From Planctomycetota bacterium (GTDB lineage: Bacteria > Planctomycetota > UBA8108 > SXIK01), in assembly GCA_965223845.1 (NCBI GenBank), contig CBDCXR010000004.1, forward strand, positions 7,488,001 to 7,552,000: a stretch of 64,000 bases of DNA. Reading direction: 5' to 3'. This document shows positions 26,818-36,692 of this stretch, piece after piece (positions within the stretch are counted from its first letter, which is position 1; every line of letters starts with the position of its first letter). The translations under genes were made by a program, and so were the position numbers. Under the pieces are notes generated by a model. It saw only the letters and a list, made by a program, of their open reading frames with translations. It made no database searches and had not been told where the DNA came from.

Positions 26818-28194
26818 CTAGCCCGCGTCCCCGTCCGGCCGCGCCCGCCCGTCGCCGCGCCCGCCTGAGTCGAAATCGCGCATGACGCGCCGGTGCACTT
26901 CCTTGAGGGGCAGTCCCGACGCCGAAGCCACGCGCCGGAGATCGTCGTGTTCCGGCGCGGCGGAGACGCGCTTCGGGCCGAGGCGACCGATCTTGACGCG
27001 CACCGGACCCCACTCGGTGTCCACCGAGTGGAATTCGCGCTCGAGGGTGACTCGGTCGACCTCGCGCCGCCTCACCCCGAACGTCGTGCTCTCGGCGAAG
27101 AGGACCCGGAGCGCGTCCGCCTCGAGCCGCGGCGGGACGAGGACGCTCACCTCCTGCGCGGCGCGGCCCTTCTTCATGACGATCGGAGTGAGCCAGACGT
27201 CGAGCGCTCCCGCGCCGAACAGCCGTTCGGCGAGATGCGACGTCCACTCGGCACTCATGTCGTCGATGTTCGTCTCGAGAAGAAGGACACGGTCCCCGCC
27301 GGACGTCGCGTCCTCGCGTTCGCCGACGATGACCCGGAGAAGGTTCGGGACCGGGCCGGGCCGGTCGTCGCCCGCGCCGTAGCCGACTGCGCGCACGGTC
27401 AGCGGCGGCATCGTGCCGAATTCGGCGGCGAGGGTCGTGAGGAGCGCGGCACCCGTAGGTGTCGTCAGCTCGGCCCGCGAGTCCCGGTGCTCGATCGGAA
27501 AGCCCTCGAGGAGCGCGATCGTCGCCGGCGCGGGGAGCGGCATCTTCCCGTGGTCACCCCGGACAAATCCCGTTCCGACCGTGATCGGCGCGCACCGAAC
27601 TTCCTCGATCTCGAGGAGGTGGAGACCGAGACAGCCGCCGACGATGTCGACGATCGAATCGACGGCGCCCACCTCGTGGAAGTGAACTTGATCGACCGGA
27701 ATCCCGTGCGCGCGCGATTCCGCCTCGCCGAGACGGCGAAAGACGCGCGACGCGTCGTTCTTCACGCGCTCGGGAAGCCGACTCGCGCCGATGAGGGCGA
27801 GGATTTCGGTGAGGCCGCGCTGGACGCCGCCGCCGGCGTGGTCGTGGTCGTGGTGGTGCGAGTGCGTGTGAGAATGACCGTGCGCGTGGTCGTGAGCATG
27901 AGCGTGGGAGTGCGAGTGATCGTGCGCCGGTTCCACCGGATGTCCGCCGATCTCACGCGTATCGGACTCGGGCTCGGAGGCTAGGGCGACGTTAGCGTCC
28001 GCGAGATCGACGTACACCCGCGTCGCGGCGAACGCTCCGCGGAAGACGGGCTCCGTTCGCAGCGACCAGCCGGGAAGCCCGAGGCTCGAGAGGCCGTCCT
28101 CGAGCCGGTCGAGCGGGAGCCCGGCGTCGACGAGCGCGCCGAGCAGCATGTCCCCGCTCGCGCCGGAGAACGGTTGAAAGTAGGCGATGCGCAT
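26818..28194 (-). CDS. larC: Nickel pincer cofactor biosynthesis protein LarC
   Basis: SGASGDMLLGALVD, His-rich stretch, VHFHEVGAVDSIVDI, ELTTPTGAA, ETNIDDM, MKKGR, STTFGVR. Confidence 0.92.
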   Translation of the reverse strand: MRIAYFQPFSGASGDMLLGALVDAGLPLDRLEDGLSSLGLPGWSLRTEPVFRGAFAATRVYVDLADANVALASEPESDTREIGGHPVEPAHDHSHSHAHAHDHAHGHSHTHSHHHDHDHAGGGVQRGLTEILALIGASRLPERVKNDASRVFRRLGEAESRAHGIPVDQVHFHEVGAVDSIVDIVGGCLGLHLLEIEEVRCAPITVGTGFVRGDHGKMPLPAPATIALLEGFPIEHRDSRAELTTPTGAALLTTLAAEFGTMPPLTVRAVGYGAGDDRPGPVPNLLRVIVGEREDATSGGDRVLLLETNIDDMSAEWTSHLAERLFGAGALDVWLTPIVMKKGRAAQEVSVLVPPRLEADALRVLFAESTTFGVRRREVDRVTLEREFHSVDTEWGPVRVKIGRLGPKRVSAAPEHDDLRRVASASGLPLKEVHRRVMRDFDSGGRGDGRARPDGDAG

Positions 28195-28382
28195 TCTCCG
28201 CTCTTTCATCGTCCAGCGAAAGTCAGCCAGTATAGCGCGCCCGGGGCTTCGATCCGCGCCCGGCCAGCCGGTAGTTTCGGTTTGAGGGAGTTGTCCGGGG
28301 CGGTGTGAAGGGAGCCGCGCGAACTCTGACCGCACTCCGGGGCGAGGCCGGATCGGATCGCTCAACCGCGATTCCCCGCGGC

Positions 28383-28412
28383 TTGACACCCTCTTCGAGC
28401 GAGCCGTATAAT
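28383..28412 (+). promoter_or_regulatory. Consensus sigma70 promoter
   Basis: TTGACA (28383-28388), 18-bp spacer, TATAAT (28407-28412); about 470 nt upstream of the 28890 CDS. Confidence 0.7.
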
Positions 28413-28889
28413 CCACCGTGCCTATTCCGGTAAACTCCCACCCGAGTTTGATTTGATCTCGCCTCGCCGGTTGGGTTTCACCTCCTTTTTGCGCCTGATT
28501 GTCTCTCCATTCGCATGTGAGACGGACGCGTTCGGCGACTGTGTGTCCCGGGCGACCGCCGTCGGCCATTCGATGGACGATCGTCAGACGTCGACGCATC
28601 GTGTCGGTGCATCACGACTAGGCGCACTGGGATGTGGAAGGCGAGATCGCAGCTCCGCGGTTTTCCTCGCCAACGACTCGCAGCGAAGCCTCGATCGTCG
28701 AGATTCTCGTCGCGCTGCTCTCCTCCGAACGAATCGCCGCCGAGCCGCAAATGCTTTCCGTAAGACATAAGTAGAGAGAAGCGAACGATTTGGCCTCGGG
28801 CCGGCGGCGGGCGCGCCGCCCCCGAAGCTGAGCCTTTGCGCGGCGGCCACCGTGTCGCCCGCCGGATCGCCAGAAAGGGTTTTGAGGTC

Positions 28890-31361
28890 ATGGCAATGGT
28901 CAGCCGATCCACCGTCGCACGGCGCCTTCTCGTCGCGTGCTGCATCCTGTTCGCCGTGGAGTCCGCTTCCGCGAACGTCCGCGAGACTCTCGCGGATGCG
29001 TATCGCAAGTACCAAGAGGGTGACGTCTCCGGCGCGATCGCCGGGTTCGAGGACGCCTTCCGACAGGATCCGTCGAACGACGTCGTCTACAGCTTCGTGC
29101 AGGAGGTCTCCTACGCTGGCCTTCTGCGCATGGTGCGATCGGATGACAAGCGCCTCTCCGGCGCGGCGCTGAAGCTTCTCAGCAAGGTCAAGGAAGTTCA
29201 GACGCAGAAGTCGAGCTCGGTCGACGACATGCAGGCGGCGATCGACGAAGTCTTCCGGACGACCGATCGCACCGAGCGGCTCGTTCTGACCGGGAACGCC
29301 GCTCGTACTTACCGCCGGAACCTCGTACCGCTCCTCATTCCGTACCTCGCGGATCCGGACCTCGAGCGGCGCTCGACGGCGATCAACTGGATCGGTCACA
29401 CGATCGGGGTCGATGCGCTCCCGGTCCTTCACGCGGCGCGGCAGCATCCGGATGAAACCGTTCGAACGAACGTCGCGAAGCTCCTCGGCGCCGGTCCGCT
29501 CCGCGATCGATCCTCTCTCGCCACTCTGAAGGCGATGGCGGAAGCCGATGCGAGCGCGAACGTCCGCGCCGCCGCGGATCGAGCGTTCGAGTCCGTTCAC
29601 GCCGACCGCGCGAGCGGCGCTCCGGTTCGCTCGGCGAAGCAGTACTTTCTTCAGAACGCTTACGGCTACTATCTGCGCCCCCACAAGAACATCTTCGATC
29701 GCGGCTACTACGAGCCGACGGTCTACCGTCTCGAGGGTGACCGGGTCGTGAGCGAGACGGTCGCGCGCTTCCAGGTCAGCGAACGGATGGCGCAAGCGGA
29801 TCTCGAAGCGGCGATCGAGCTCGATTCCGGTTACGCGCCCGCGTACGTCCTCGGCGTCTGCAACGATGCCGCGCAGGTCGTCGAGTACGACCAGAACGTC
29901 GCCTTCTACCGCGAGCGCGGGGACGATGCGATGCAGGCCCTGCTCGCGTCGCAGGCGGGCTACGTCGACTCCGTGCTGCGCCTCCGACTCGTTCAGGCGA
30001 CTTCGGCGGAGCTCTACCGCGCGCTCGGTCAGGCGCTCGACGACAAGCGCTCGGAAGTCGCGGTGAAGGTCATCCAGACGATTCGCGAGACGCGGCGGCC
30101 CGGCGACGTGCCGGACGTCCTTCTCGACGCACTCGAGGATCCGAACTCGCGGCTCGTCCGCATCGCGGCGGCAGTGGCGATCTCCGAACGAAACCCCGGG
30201 GACGAATTCACGGCGGGCGACAACGTCGCGAGCGTTCTCGCCGAGGCGGCGCTTTCGAGCGGAGTCCGGGTGGTGCAGCGAGTGATCGGCGACCGTCAAA
30301 CCGCGAATCGCTTCGCCGAGCTCCTCCGCGGACTCAACATGGAGAGCTACTCGCCGCTGAAGACGATCGAAGCGGCCTACTCGTCGATCGTCGAGTCGCC
30401 GCCGGACGCGATCCTGATCGACGAGAACGTCAGCATCGAGCAGCGGCCGGCGAGCACCGCACCGATCAATCACTTCGTCAGTCAGCTCCGCAAGAACTAT
30501 CGGACGGCGAACGTCCCGGTTGTGGTCGTCGTCCCCTCGACCCGTCTCCGAGCGGCGGAGGAGCTCTACGCGAGCGACGAGCGGAAAGTGCTCGTGATCT
30601 CCGACAGCATCGACGGCCTCGGGCTCAAGAACCAGGTGTTCGATCCCCTCTTCGCCGGGGCGGACGACGCGAAGACCCAGGCGACCGCCCTGGCGGCGGG
30701 TGCGGCGGAGGCGCTGGCGTCGCTCGCGGAGCGATCGTGCGGTATCGACGTATCGGGAACCGGGAGCCTTCTCGTCCGCGTCCTCGAGAATCGTCCGGAT
30801 TCCGTTCGTCTCCCGAGCATTCGCGCGCTCGGCTTGATCGGCGAGCGTGCTGCCGCCGGTCCTCTCGCGACGACGTTTCAGAACGCCGACAACGCCGACG
30901 AGATCCGCGCCGCTGCGATGACCGCGATCGGCGATATTCTTCACCGCGGCGGTGCTGCGAGCGACGCTCTCCTCAGCGTGATCGAGGAAGGGATGGCTTC
31001 CGACAACCTGACTCTGCGGCGGCCTTCGTGGTACGCGTTCTCCGGCGCACAGGCACCGGGCGAGTCACGCCTCGCCGCTCTGCGAGCGAACCCAGCCGCC
31101 GCGGCCGAAGGTGGGGATGCAGCGCCCGTGAGCGGGGATGATGATGACGACGCGGGTCTCGACGACGACGATGACGACGACATGGGTCTCGACGATGATG
31201 ACGACGATGACCTGAGTCTCGATGACGACGACGACGATGACCTGAGTCTCGATGACGATGACGACGACGATCTGGGTCTCGACGACGATGACGACGACGG
31301 TCTCGATCTCGACGATGACGATGACGACGGTCTCGATTTCGACGACGACGACGATTTCTAA
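28890..31361 (+). CDS. Exported HEAT-repeat protein with receiver-like domain and poly-Asp tail
   Basis: Signal peptide ending in ESASA; HEAT-like repeats (DPNSRLVRIAAAVAI, VRLPSIRALGLIG); REC-like PPDAILID...LRKNYRTANVPVVVV; acidic C-terminus. Confidence 0.7.
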   Translation: MAMVSRSTVARRLLVACCILFAVESASANVRETLADAYRKYQEGDVSGAIAGFEDAFRQDPSNDVVYSFVQEVSYAGLLRMVRSDDKRLSGAALKLLSKVKEVQTQKSSSVDDMQAAIDEVFRTTDRTERLVLTGNAARTYRRNLVPLLIPYLADPDLERRSTAINWIGHTIGVDALPVLHAARQHPDETVRTNVAKLLGAGPLRDRSSLATLKAMAEADASANVRAAADRAFESVHADRASGAPVRSAKQYFLQNAYGYYLRPHKNIFDRGYYEPTVYRLEGDRVVSETVARFQVSERMAQADLEAAIELDSGYAPAYVLGVCNDAAQVVEYDQNVAFYRERGDDAMQALLASQAGYVDSVLRLRLVQATSAELYRALGQALDDKRSEVAVKVIQTIRETRRPGDVPDVLLDALEDPNSRLVRIAAAVAISERNPGDEFTAGDNVASVLAEAALSSGVRVVQRVIGDRQTANRFAELLRGLNMESYSPLKTIEAAYSSIVESPPDAILIDENVSIEQRPASTAPINHFVSQLRKNYRTANVPVVVVVPSTRLRAAEELYASDERKVLVISDSIDGLGLKNQVFDPLFAGADDAKTQATALAAGAAEALASLAERSCGIDVSGTGSLLVRVLENRPDSVRLPSIRALGLIGERAAAGPLATTFQNADNADEIRAAAMTAIGDILHRGGAASDALLSVIEEGMASDNLTLRRPSWYAFSGAQAPGESRLAALRANPAAAAEGGDAAPVSGDDDDDAGLDDDDDDDMGLDDDDDDDLSLDDDDDDDLSLDDDDDDDLGLDDDDDDGLDLDDDDDDGLDFDDDDDF
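31137..31358 (+). repeat. Coding tandem repeat, ~30-bp unit (xxL-D6/7), about 7 copies
   Basis: Repeated CTCGAYGAYGAYGAYGAYGAY units encoding LDDDDDDDLS/MG/LG. Confidence 0.9.
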
Positions 31362-31389
31362 TCGAGCGATTCGTTCGATCTGACGCCTG

Positions 31390-31426
31390 ACGGGCCGGCG
31401 AGAATGCGATTCGCGCCGGCCCGTTT
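31390..31426 (+). terminator. Putative intrinsic terminator
   Basis: ACGGGCCGGCG/CGCCGGCCCGT stem with inner GAAT/ATTC, short T run, just after the stop at 31361. Confidence 0.5.
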
Positions 31427-31508
31427 GGTGTCGCGACGTCTCGGATCGAGGGGGCGGCTCGGGGCAGAGCGGTCGCGGACCGACGGAGCGGAGGAGATTC
31501 GACTCGAC

Positions 31509-32123
31509 ATGGCCATCCGGACGTCGTGCGCCCACTGCCAGAAGCGGTTTTCGGCTCCGAACGAATACCGCGACAAGAAGGTCGAGTGCCCGAGCTGCGG
31601 GCGTCGCACCGTCGTTCGAGCGAAGGAAGACATCGAGAAAGACGTCGAGGATCGGAAGCGCGAAGAGAAGCTCCTCGCCGCCGACCGCGAGAAGATCGCG
31701 CTCATCGAAACGATCGAGACTCGCGGCGCGAAGCGTCCGGGCCGCCCTTACTTTGAGGCGTTTCAAACCGGCCGATCAGCGGTGCGGAACTACGATCCGC
31801 GCAGCCCGTCGCGACAACCCCGACTTCGAGCCCTCTCCGACTTCGTCGTCCTCGGCGCGTACCTCGAGTTGCTTCTCGTCGCCGTCGGGGTCGGCATGAC
31901 GATCTATCTGTGGATCGGCGGCGTGATCGCGAGCGCGGTCGTCGTCCTCATCGCTCTCGTTGGGTGGCTCATTCTCGGCGGTGCGCTCTACGTATTCTTC
32001 AAGGCGCTCGGCGAGCTTCTCTTGGCTGCAGCGGACGTCGCGGACCAATCACACGACACCGTACAGCTCCTCCTCGATCTGCGAGAACGGCTGGACGAGG
32101 AACAGCAGCCGCCGGAAGCTTAG
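31509..32123 (+). CDS. Zinc-ribbon membrane protein
   Basis: CAHCQKRF...VECPSCG followed by two TM helices and a coiled tail. Confidence 0.75.
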   Translation: MAIRTSCAHCQKRFSAPNEYRDKKVECPSCGRRTVVRAKEDIEKDVEDRKREEKLLAADREKIALIETIETRGAKRPGRPYFEAFQTGRSAVRNYDPRSPSRQPRLRALSDFVVLGAYLELLLVAVGVGMTIYLWIGGVIASAVVVLIALVGWLILGGALYVFFKALGELLLAAADVADQSHDTVQLLLDLRERLDEEQQPPEA

Positions 32124-32205
32124 GAGTTCAGAGCGCGCGCACAAGACCTTCTCGCACACGCTCCCTCTTCTCCTTTCATCTACCGCTCCCGCCCGACCTA
32201 GCCCA

Positions 32206-33024
32206 TCAACCCCGGCGTCGCCGAAACAGAATGAACGTCAAGTCGTCCGGCTTTGACGGCGCACCGTCCGGAGCTTCGTTCATCCGGCTCTGACACTCGT
32301 CGAGTAGCTGCACGGCGGCTGCGCGAAGGGGGCCTCTGCGAACGCACTCGATGATTTCCTCGACGCGCAAATTGTCGAAGAGGCCGTCGCTCCCGAGGAC
32401 GAGAGTGTCGCGCGGTCGCATCTCGATCGCCGGCCCGACTTCGATCCGCATCTCGTTCGTGCCGACGAAGCTCGACACGACGTGGCGTTCGTCGTGGTGC
32501 ATGGCTTCGTCCTCACCGAGAAGGCCCGCCTCGATCGCGTACGCGACCGGCGAGTGGCTGATCGTCTTCCAGCGGAGTCGGCCGCGCTGCCCGGTGAGGA
32601 GGATCTCCGAGTCGCCGACGTGGACGAAGCGGACGGTTGCGCTCTCGACGAGAACCACCGACATCGTCGTGATCGACCCCGCGCTGCGATCGAGAAGCGA
32701 GCGGTTCGCGTTTTCGAATCCGGCGAGGATCGAGTCGCGGATCGAGGTCCCTTCGGCGGCGGCCCGCGCGACACTCGCCAGGAGCTCCCGGACCGCCGTC
32801 CGCGAAGCGTCCTGCCCCGCGGGCGCACCACCCGCGCCGTCTGCGAGCGCGAGAACGGCGTTGTCACCGTCGATTCCGAATGCGCCGAACGCGTCTTCGT
32901 TCGGTCCTCGAGACTGTTCGTTCCCGCGGGAGAGAAAGACGGCGGCGCCCGGGCCGATCGTCCGCTCGAGCGGCTCGGTCGCGTCGCTTTCGCGGGGAAC
33001 GAACTCGCCTCGAACTACATCCAC
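32206..33024 (-). CDS. PP2C-family Ser/Thr protein phosphatase
   Basis: NEDA, ALADGAGG, HVGDSE, LGSDGLFD, KPDDLT; start approximate. Confidence 0.88.
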   Translation of the reverse strand: MDVVRGEFVPRESDATEPLERTIGPGAAVFLSRGNEQSRGPNEDAFGAFGIDGDNAVLALADGAGGAPAGQDASRTAVRELLASVARAAAEGTSIRDSILAGFENANRSLLDRSAGSITTMSVVLVESATVRFVHVGDSEILLTGQRGRLRWKTISHSPVAYAIEAGLLGEDEAMHHDERHVVSSFVGTNEMRIEVGPAIEMRPRDTLVLGSDGLFDNLRVEEIIECVRRGPLRAAAVQLLDECQSRMNEAPDGAPSKPDDLTFILFRRRRG

Positions 33025-33034
33025 ATCGCGCACC

Positions 33035-34336
33035 TCAGAGGTTGGCGGAGCACCACGGGCAGACGTCCCAAAACTCCGACGCAACGCCCCAGCCGCAGCG
33101 CGAGCAGCGCTCGCGCACGCCGGGGAGCGACCATCGTTTCTTGACCTTTCGTCGGCACCACGGGCAGTACCGCATGAACGGAAAGAGCGACTTTCGCCGG
33201 CAGCGCCGATTCGAGCACGATCCCTCGTAGCGGATGTCCGAGTACTCGCGAGTCGACGCTCCCGTCACCTCCGCGCCGTAACACCAAGGGCAAAACCGCC
33301 AGTCCGACTTGAGCCCCCGCCGGCAGCGAGGACAACGTCGGTGCTCGCGGACCGGACCCGAAAAGCGAGCGAGCGATCGGCTGCACCAAGGGCAAGTCAT
33401 CATGCTCACGGACACCGGGCCGCCGCAACTCCCGCACGCCGATCGCGCCTCGAGTCGTGCCCCGTGGAGCCGCCGAAACTGTCGCCAGCGCACCTCCGAC
33501 CAGTCGTTTCGCTGCGCGGTCTTGTCGCGTCGCCGGCGCTTTTGCGTCAGCTTCCGCAGCGCCTTCGGCTTCGCCTGAAGGAAGACCTGGAGCATTCGAT
33601 CGGCATCCCGAAACCGGCGCAGTGGCTCGACCGCGATGGCGCGAAGGATCAGCTGGACGACGTCGGCGTGGAGTTTCTCGCGCAGACTGCGAATGCCGGG
33701 AAGAGGCGGGCGAAACGGCCACGCGGGAAGCTCGCCCGAGAACATCCGGTAGAGGACGAGTCCCATGCTGAAGACGTCGGAGCGAAGCGATGGCGCTCCC
33801 ATCGCTTGCTCGGGAGCCATGTAGCCGAGAGTGCCGGATCCCGATGCACTGACCGTTCGTAGAACGACGCGGGCGATGCCGAAATCTGCGAGTCGGACGC
33901 GGTTCTCGGGGAAGAGAAGAAAGTTGTCAGGCTTGATGTCGCAGTGGAGAACGCCGACTCGGTGTGCGCTCGCGAGGCCCCGGAGCATGTCCTCCGCCAT
34001 TTGCAAACCGGCCTTCACCGAGAGCCGTTTCTCGAGTCGATCGGCGAGGCTCCGTTCGGCGAGCGGCGTCGCAACGACGAAGTGGCCGTCGATATACGAC
34101 GCGTTCTTGATCGGCAGAATGTTCGGATGGTCGAGACGAGCCGTGAGGCGCACCTCCTTTCGAAACGAGTCGATCCAGTCGTCGTCGAGGAGGTGCGGGT
34201 GGGGGATCTTGAGCGCGACTCGAACTCCTTCGATCGTGTCGAAGGCGCGGTAGACCTGGGCGAATCCGCCGTCACCGATGCGTCTCTCGATGCGGTATTT
34301 TCCGAAGATCTGACGAGTGCGGAAGCGCGCTTTCAT
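33035..34336 (-). CDS. Hanks-type Ser/Thr kinase with C-terminal tandem zinc ribbons
   Basis: GDGGFAQVY, VALK, HCDIKPDN, DFG, GYMAPE; eight CxxC-like pairs including four CPWC. Confidence 0.92.
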   Translation of the reverse strand: MKARFRTRQIFGKYRIERRIGDGGFAQVYRAFDTIEGVRVALKIPHPHLLDDDWIDSFRKEVRLTARLDHPNILPIKNASYIDGHFVVATPLAERSLADRLEKRLSVKAGLQMAEDMLRGLASAHRVGVLHCDIKPDNFLLFPENRVRLADFGIARVVLRTVSASGSGTLGYMAPEQAMGAPSLRSDVFSMGLVLYRMFSGELPAWPFRPPLPGIRSLREKLHADVVQLILRAIAVEPLRRFRDADRMLQVFLQAKPKALRKLTQKRRRRDKTAQRNDWSEVRWRQFRRLHGARLEARSACGSCGGPVSVSMMTCPWCSRSLARFSGPVREHRRCPRCRRGLKSDWRFCPWCYGAEVTGASTREYSDIRYEGSCSNRRCRRKSLFPFMRYCPWCRRKVKKRWSLPGVRERCSRCGWGVASEFWDVCPWCSANL

Positions 34337-34599
34337 GCTGGAACGGAACTGCGTCTTCGGCGTCGCAACGCGCCGTGGATGAGGTCTCGGCGCGTCGGTT
34401 CTTTCTGTGGACGCGTCCGGACGGTCGAGCGAGACCGCGGGGATCATAGACGGTCGAACGCAAAGGGGAAAGACACCACTCTCGCGCCTTCGCGATCGCA
34501 GGGACTCCGCACCCGGCGCTCCGAGAGGACGCACGAGGCGCGGACGTAGAACGCGGTCGCTCGTCGAAACGCGAGCTCCGGATGCGACGACGGCAAACG

Positions 34600-34641
34600 A
34601 AAACCGGGGCTCCCCGCAGGCGGTTCCGCGGAGAGCCCCGG
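34600..34641 (-). terminator. Intrinsic terminator after glnA
   Basis: On the minus strand CCGGGGCTCTCCGC-loop-GCGGGGAGCCCCGG followed by TTTT. Confidence 0.7.
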
Positions 34642-34670
34642 ATCGATGCACTCGCGATCGAGCGGCGCGA

Positions 34671-36083
34671 TCAGATGTCGTAGTAAAGCTCGAACTCGTG
34701 CGGATGCGGTCGCAGGCGCACGGCGTCGACTTCGTTCTCGCGCTTGTAGTCGATCCAGCCGCGGACGACGTCGTCCGTGAAGACGTCTCCCTGGAGAAGG
34801 AAGTCGTGATCTTCCTCGAGCGCCGCGAGGGCTGCGTCGAGAGACCCCGGCGTCGACGGCACCTTCGCGTCCTCTTCGGGCGAGAGGTCGTAGATGTCCT
34901 TGTCGAGCGGATCGCCGGGGAGGATCTTGTTCTGGATCCCGTCGATTCCCGCCATCATGAGCGCGGTGAACGCGAGATACGGGTTGCAGCTCGGATCCGG
35001 GCAGCGGAACTCGATGCGCTTCGCCTTCGGACTGTCCGAGTACATCGGGATCCGCACCGCGGCGCTCCGATTCCGGCTCGAGTACGCGAGACGATTTGGC
35101 GCCTCGTAGCCCGGGACGAGCCGGCGGTACGAGTTCGTCGTCGGGTTGGTGAGGGCGACGAGCGCGCGAGCGTGGCGGAGAATGCCGCCGATCGCGTAGA
35201 GCGCGGTCTCGCTGAGGCCGGCATACTTGTCGCCGGCGAAGAGCGGCTTTCCATCCTTCCAGAGTGAAAGGTGCGTATGCATGCCGCTCCCGTTGTCCTG
35301 GAAGAGCGGCTTCGGCATGAAGCACGCGGTCTTCCCGTACTTGAGCGCGACGTTTTTGACGATGTACTTGTACAGCGTCAAATGGTCCGCCATCTTGACC
35401 AGAGGCTGGAACCGCATGTCGATCTCGCACTGGCCGGCGGTTCCGACCTCGTGGTGGTGGCACTCTACGGCGATCCCGACCTCGCCCATCGTGAGCACCA
35501 TCTCGCTCCGGAGATCCTGGAGGGAGTCATTCGGCGGGACGGGAAAGTAGCCGCCTTTGTAACGTACCTTGTGCCCGAGGTTCGGATCCTCGAACGCGCC
35601 GGTGTTCCACTGTCCTTCCGACGAGTCCAGATGGTAGTAACCCTCGTTGACTCCCGTGGCAAAGCGGACGTCGTCGAAGACGAAGAACTCAGCTTCCGGA
35701 CCGAAGTACGCGGTGTCGGCGATGCCGGTCGACTTCAGATACTCGACCGCCTTTCGCGCGACGTTGCGGGGGTCGCGGGTGTAATCCGCTTTGGTGATCG
35801 GGTCGACGATGTTGCAGGAGAGGACGAGCGTCGCATCCTTCGTGAACGGATCGAGAAACGCCGTCGTCGGATCCGGGATCATGAGCATGTCGCTCTCGTT
35901 GATCCCCTGCCACCCGCGGATGCTCGATCCGTCGAAGCCCATTCCGTCTTCGAAGGTGCCGGCGTCGATCTCGCTCGCCGGGAACGAGGTGTGCTGCCAC
36001 ATTCCCGGGAAGTCGATGAAGCGGAGATCGACGATCTTGACGTCTTTCTCCTTGATCAGATTGAGAATTTCACTGGGAGTCAT
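34671..36083 (-). CDS. glnA: Glutamine synthetase type I (adenylylatable)
   Basis: [51 protein letters not shown]; adenylylation motif DKDIYDL. Confidence 0.98.
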   Translation of the reverse strand: MTPSEILNLIKEKDVKIVDLRFIDFPGMWQHTSFPASEIDAGTFEDGMGFDGSSIRGWQGINESDMLMIPDPTTAFLDPFTKDATLVLSCNIVDPITKADYTRDPRNVARKAVEYLKSTGIADTAYFGPEAEFFVFDDVRFATGVNEGYYHLDSSEGQWNTGAFEDPNLGHKVRYKGGYFPVPPNDSLQDLRSEMVLTMGEVGIAVECHHHEVGTAGQCEIDMRFQPLVKMADHLTLYKYIVKNVALKYGKTACFMPKPLFQDNGSGMHTHLSLWKDGKPLFAGDKYAGLSETALYAIGGILRHARALVALTNPTTNSYRRLVPGYEAPNRLAYSSRNRSAAVRIPMYSDSPKAKRIEFRCPDPSCNPYLAFTALMMAGIDGIQNKILPGDPLDKDIYDLSPEEDAKVPSTPGSLDAALAALEEDHDFLLQGDVFTDDVVRGWIDYKRENEVDAVRLRPHPHEFELYYDI

Positions 36084-36625
36084 GAGAACTTACGTACTCC
36101 TTCGAGAAAAATGACCTCGCGGAGCTCACCGAACGTCAGCCCGCGCCAACACCCGCCGTCGTGGTCGCGTGAGCGGGAGGATCCCAGATTTGTCGCGTTT
36201 CTCGGCGCCTGGAAGCGCTTGGGGTCCGCGTTGCGGCGATGCCAACTCGCCGCCGATGCGCCGGACCGCGGCGCGCAGGTAAGGAAGAGCGGAGCAAGCC
36301 ATGCCGATTGCGGAAAGCGGGCAAGAGGTCAGCGGACCCCTCCTCGACCCTCGCTCGTTGTTTCCGCCTGGCTGCGTACACTCCATCGGTGGGCGGCCGG
36401 AATGTTGCGACTCGGAGCACACTCGAGAGCGCGAGCCGCGCACAAAACACGGGCGTCGCTTGTCGTGCGATCGCGTCGGGAGGAATCCGGCCGTCCCGGC
36501 CAAGAGAGACGCGTTATACGGGATGGGCTCGGCGGATGGGAAACGAAAAAGCCTCTGTGCGCGGAGCACTGCACGCGGATGAGTACGAAAGGTCGAAGGC
36601 CGTCGTTACGACCGCCGACCGCGAC

Positions 36626-36642
36626 TGCACAAACCGTGTGCG
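36626..36642. promoter_or_regulatory. NtrC-like inverted box in the glnA/glnE divergent region
   Basis: TGCAC-N7-GTGCG versus consensus TGCAC-N7-GTGCA. Confidence 0.3.
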
Positions 36643-36692
36643 TTGGCCGACCGTGAGAGCGAGACAAGGAACCGGCCGAGACCTCAGGTGAG

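Noticed and set aside
28195-28599. N-terminal extension of LarC in the ORF track (similar extensions for mfnB, rnpA, MerR, the kinase and the 58041 gene)
   Set aside because: Family similarity begins at downstream starts; the extensions run through promoters or neighbouring genes.
31137-31358. Possible CRISPR array
   Set aside because: Contiguous in-frame low-complexity repeats with no unique spacers and no cas genes.
36293-36308. Sigma-54 promoter for glnA (CGGCATGGCTTGCT on the minus strand)
   Set aside because: GG-to-GC spacing is 8 nt rather than the required 10.
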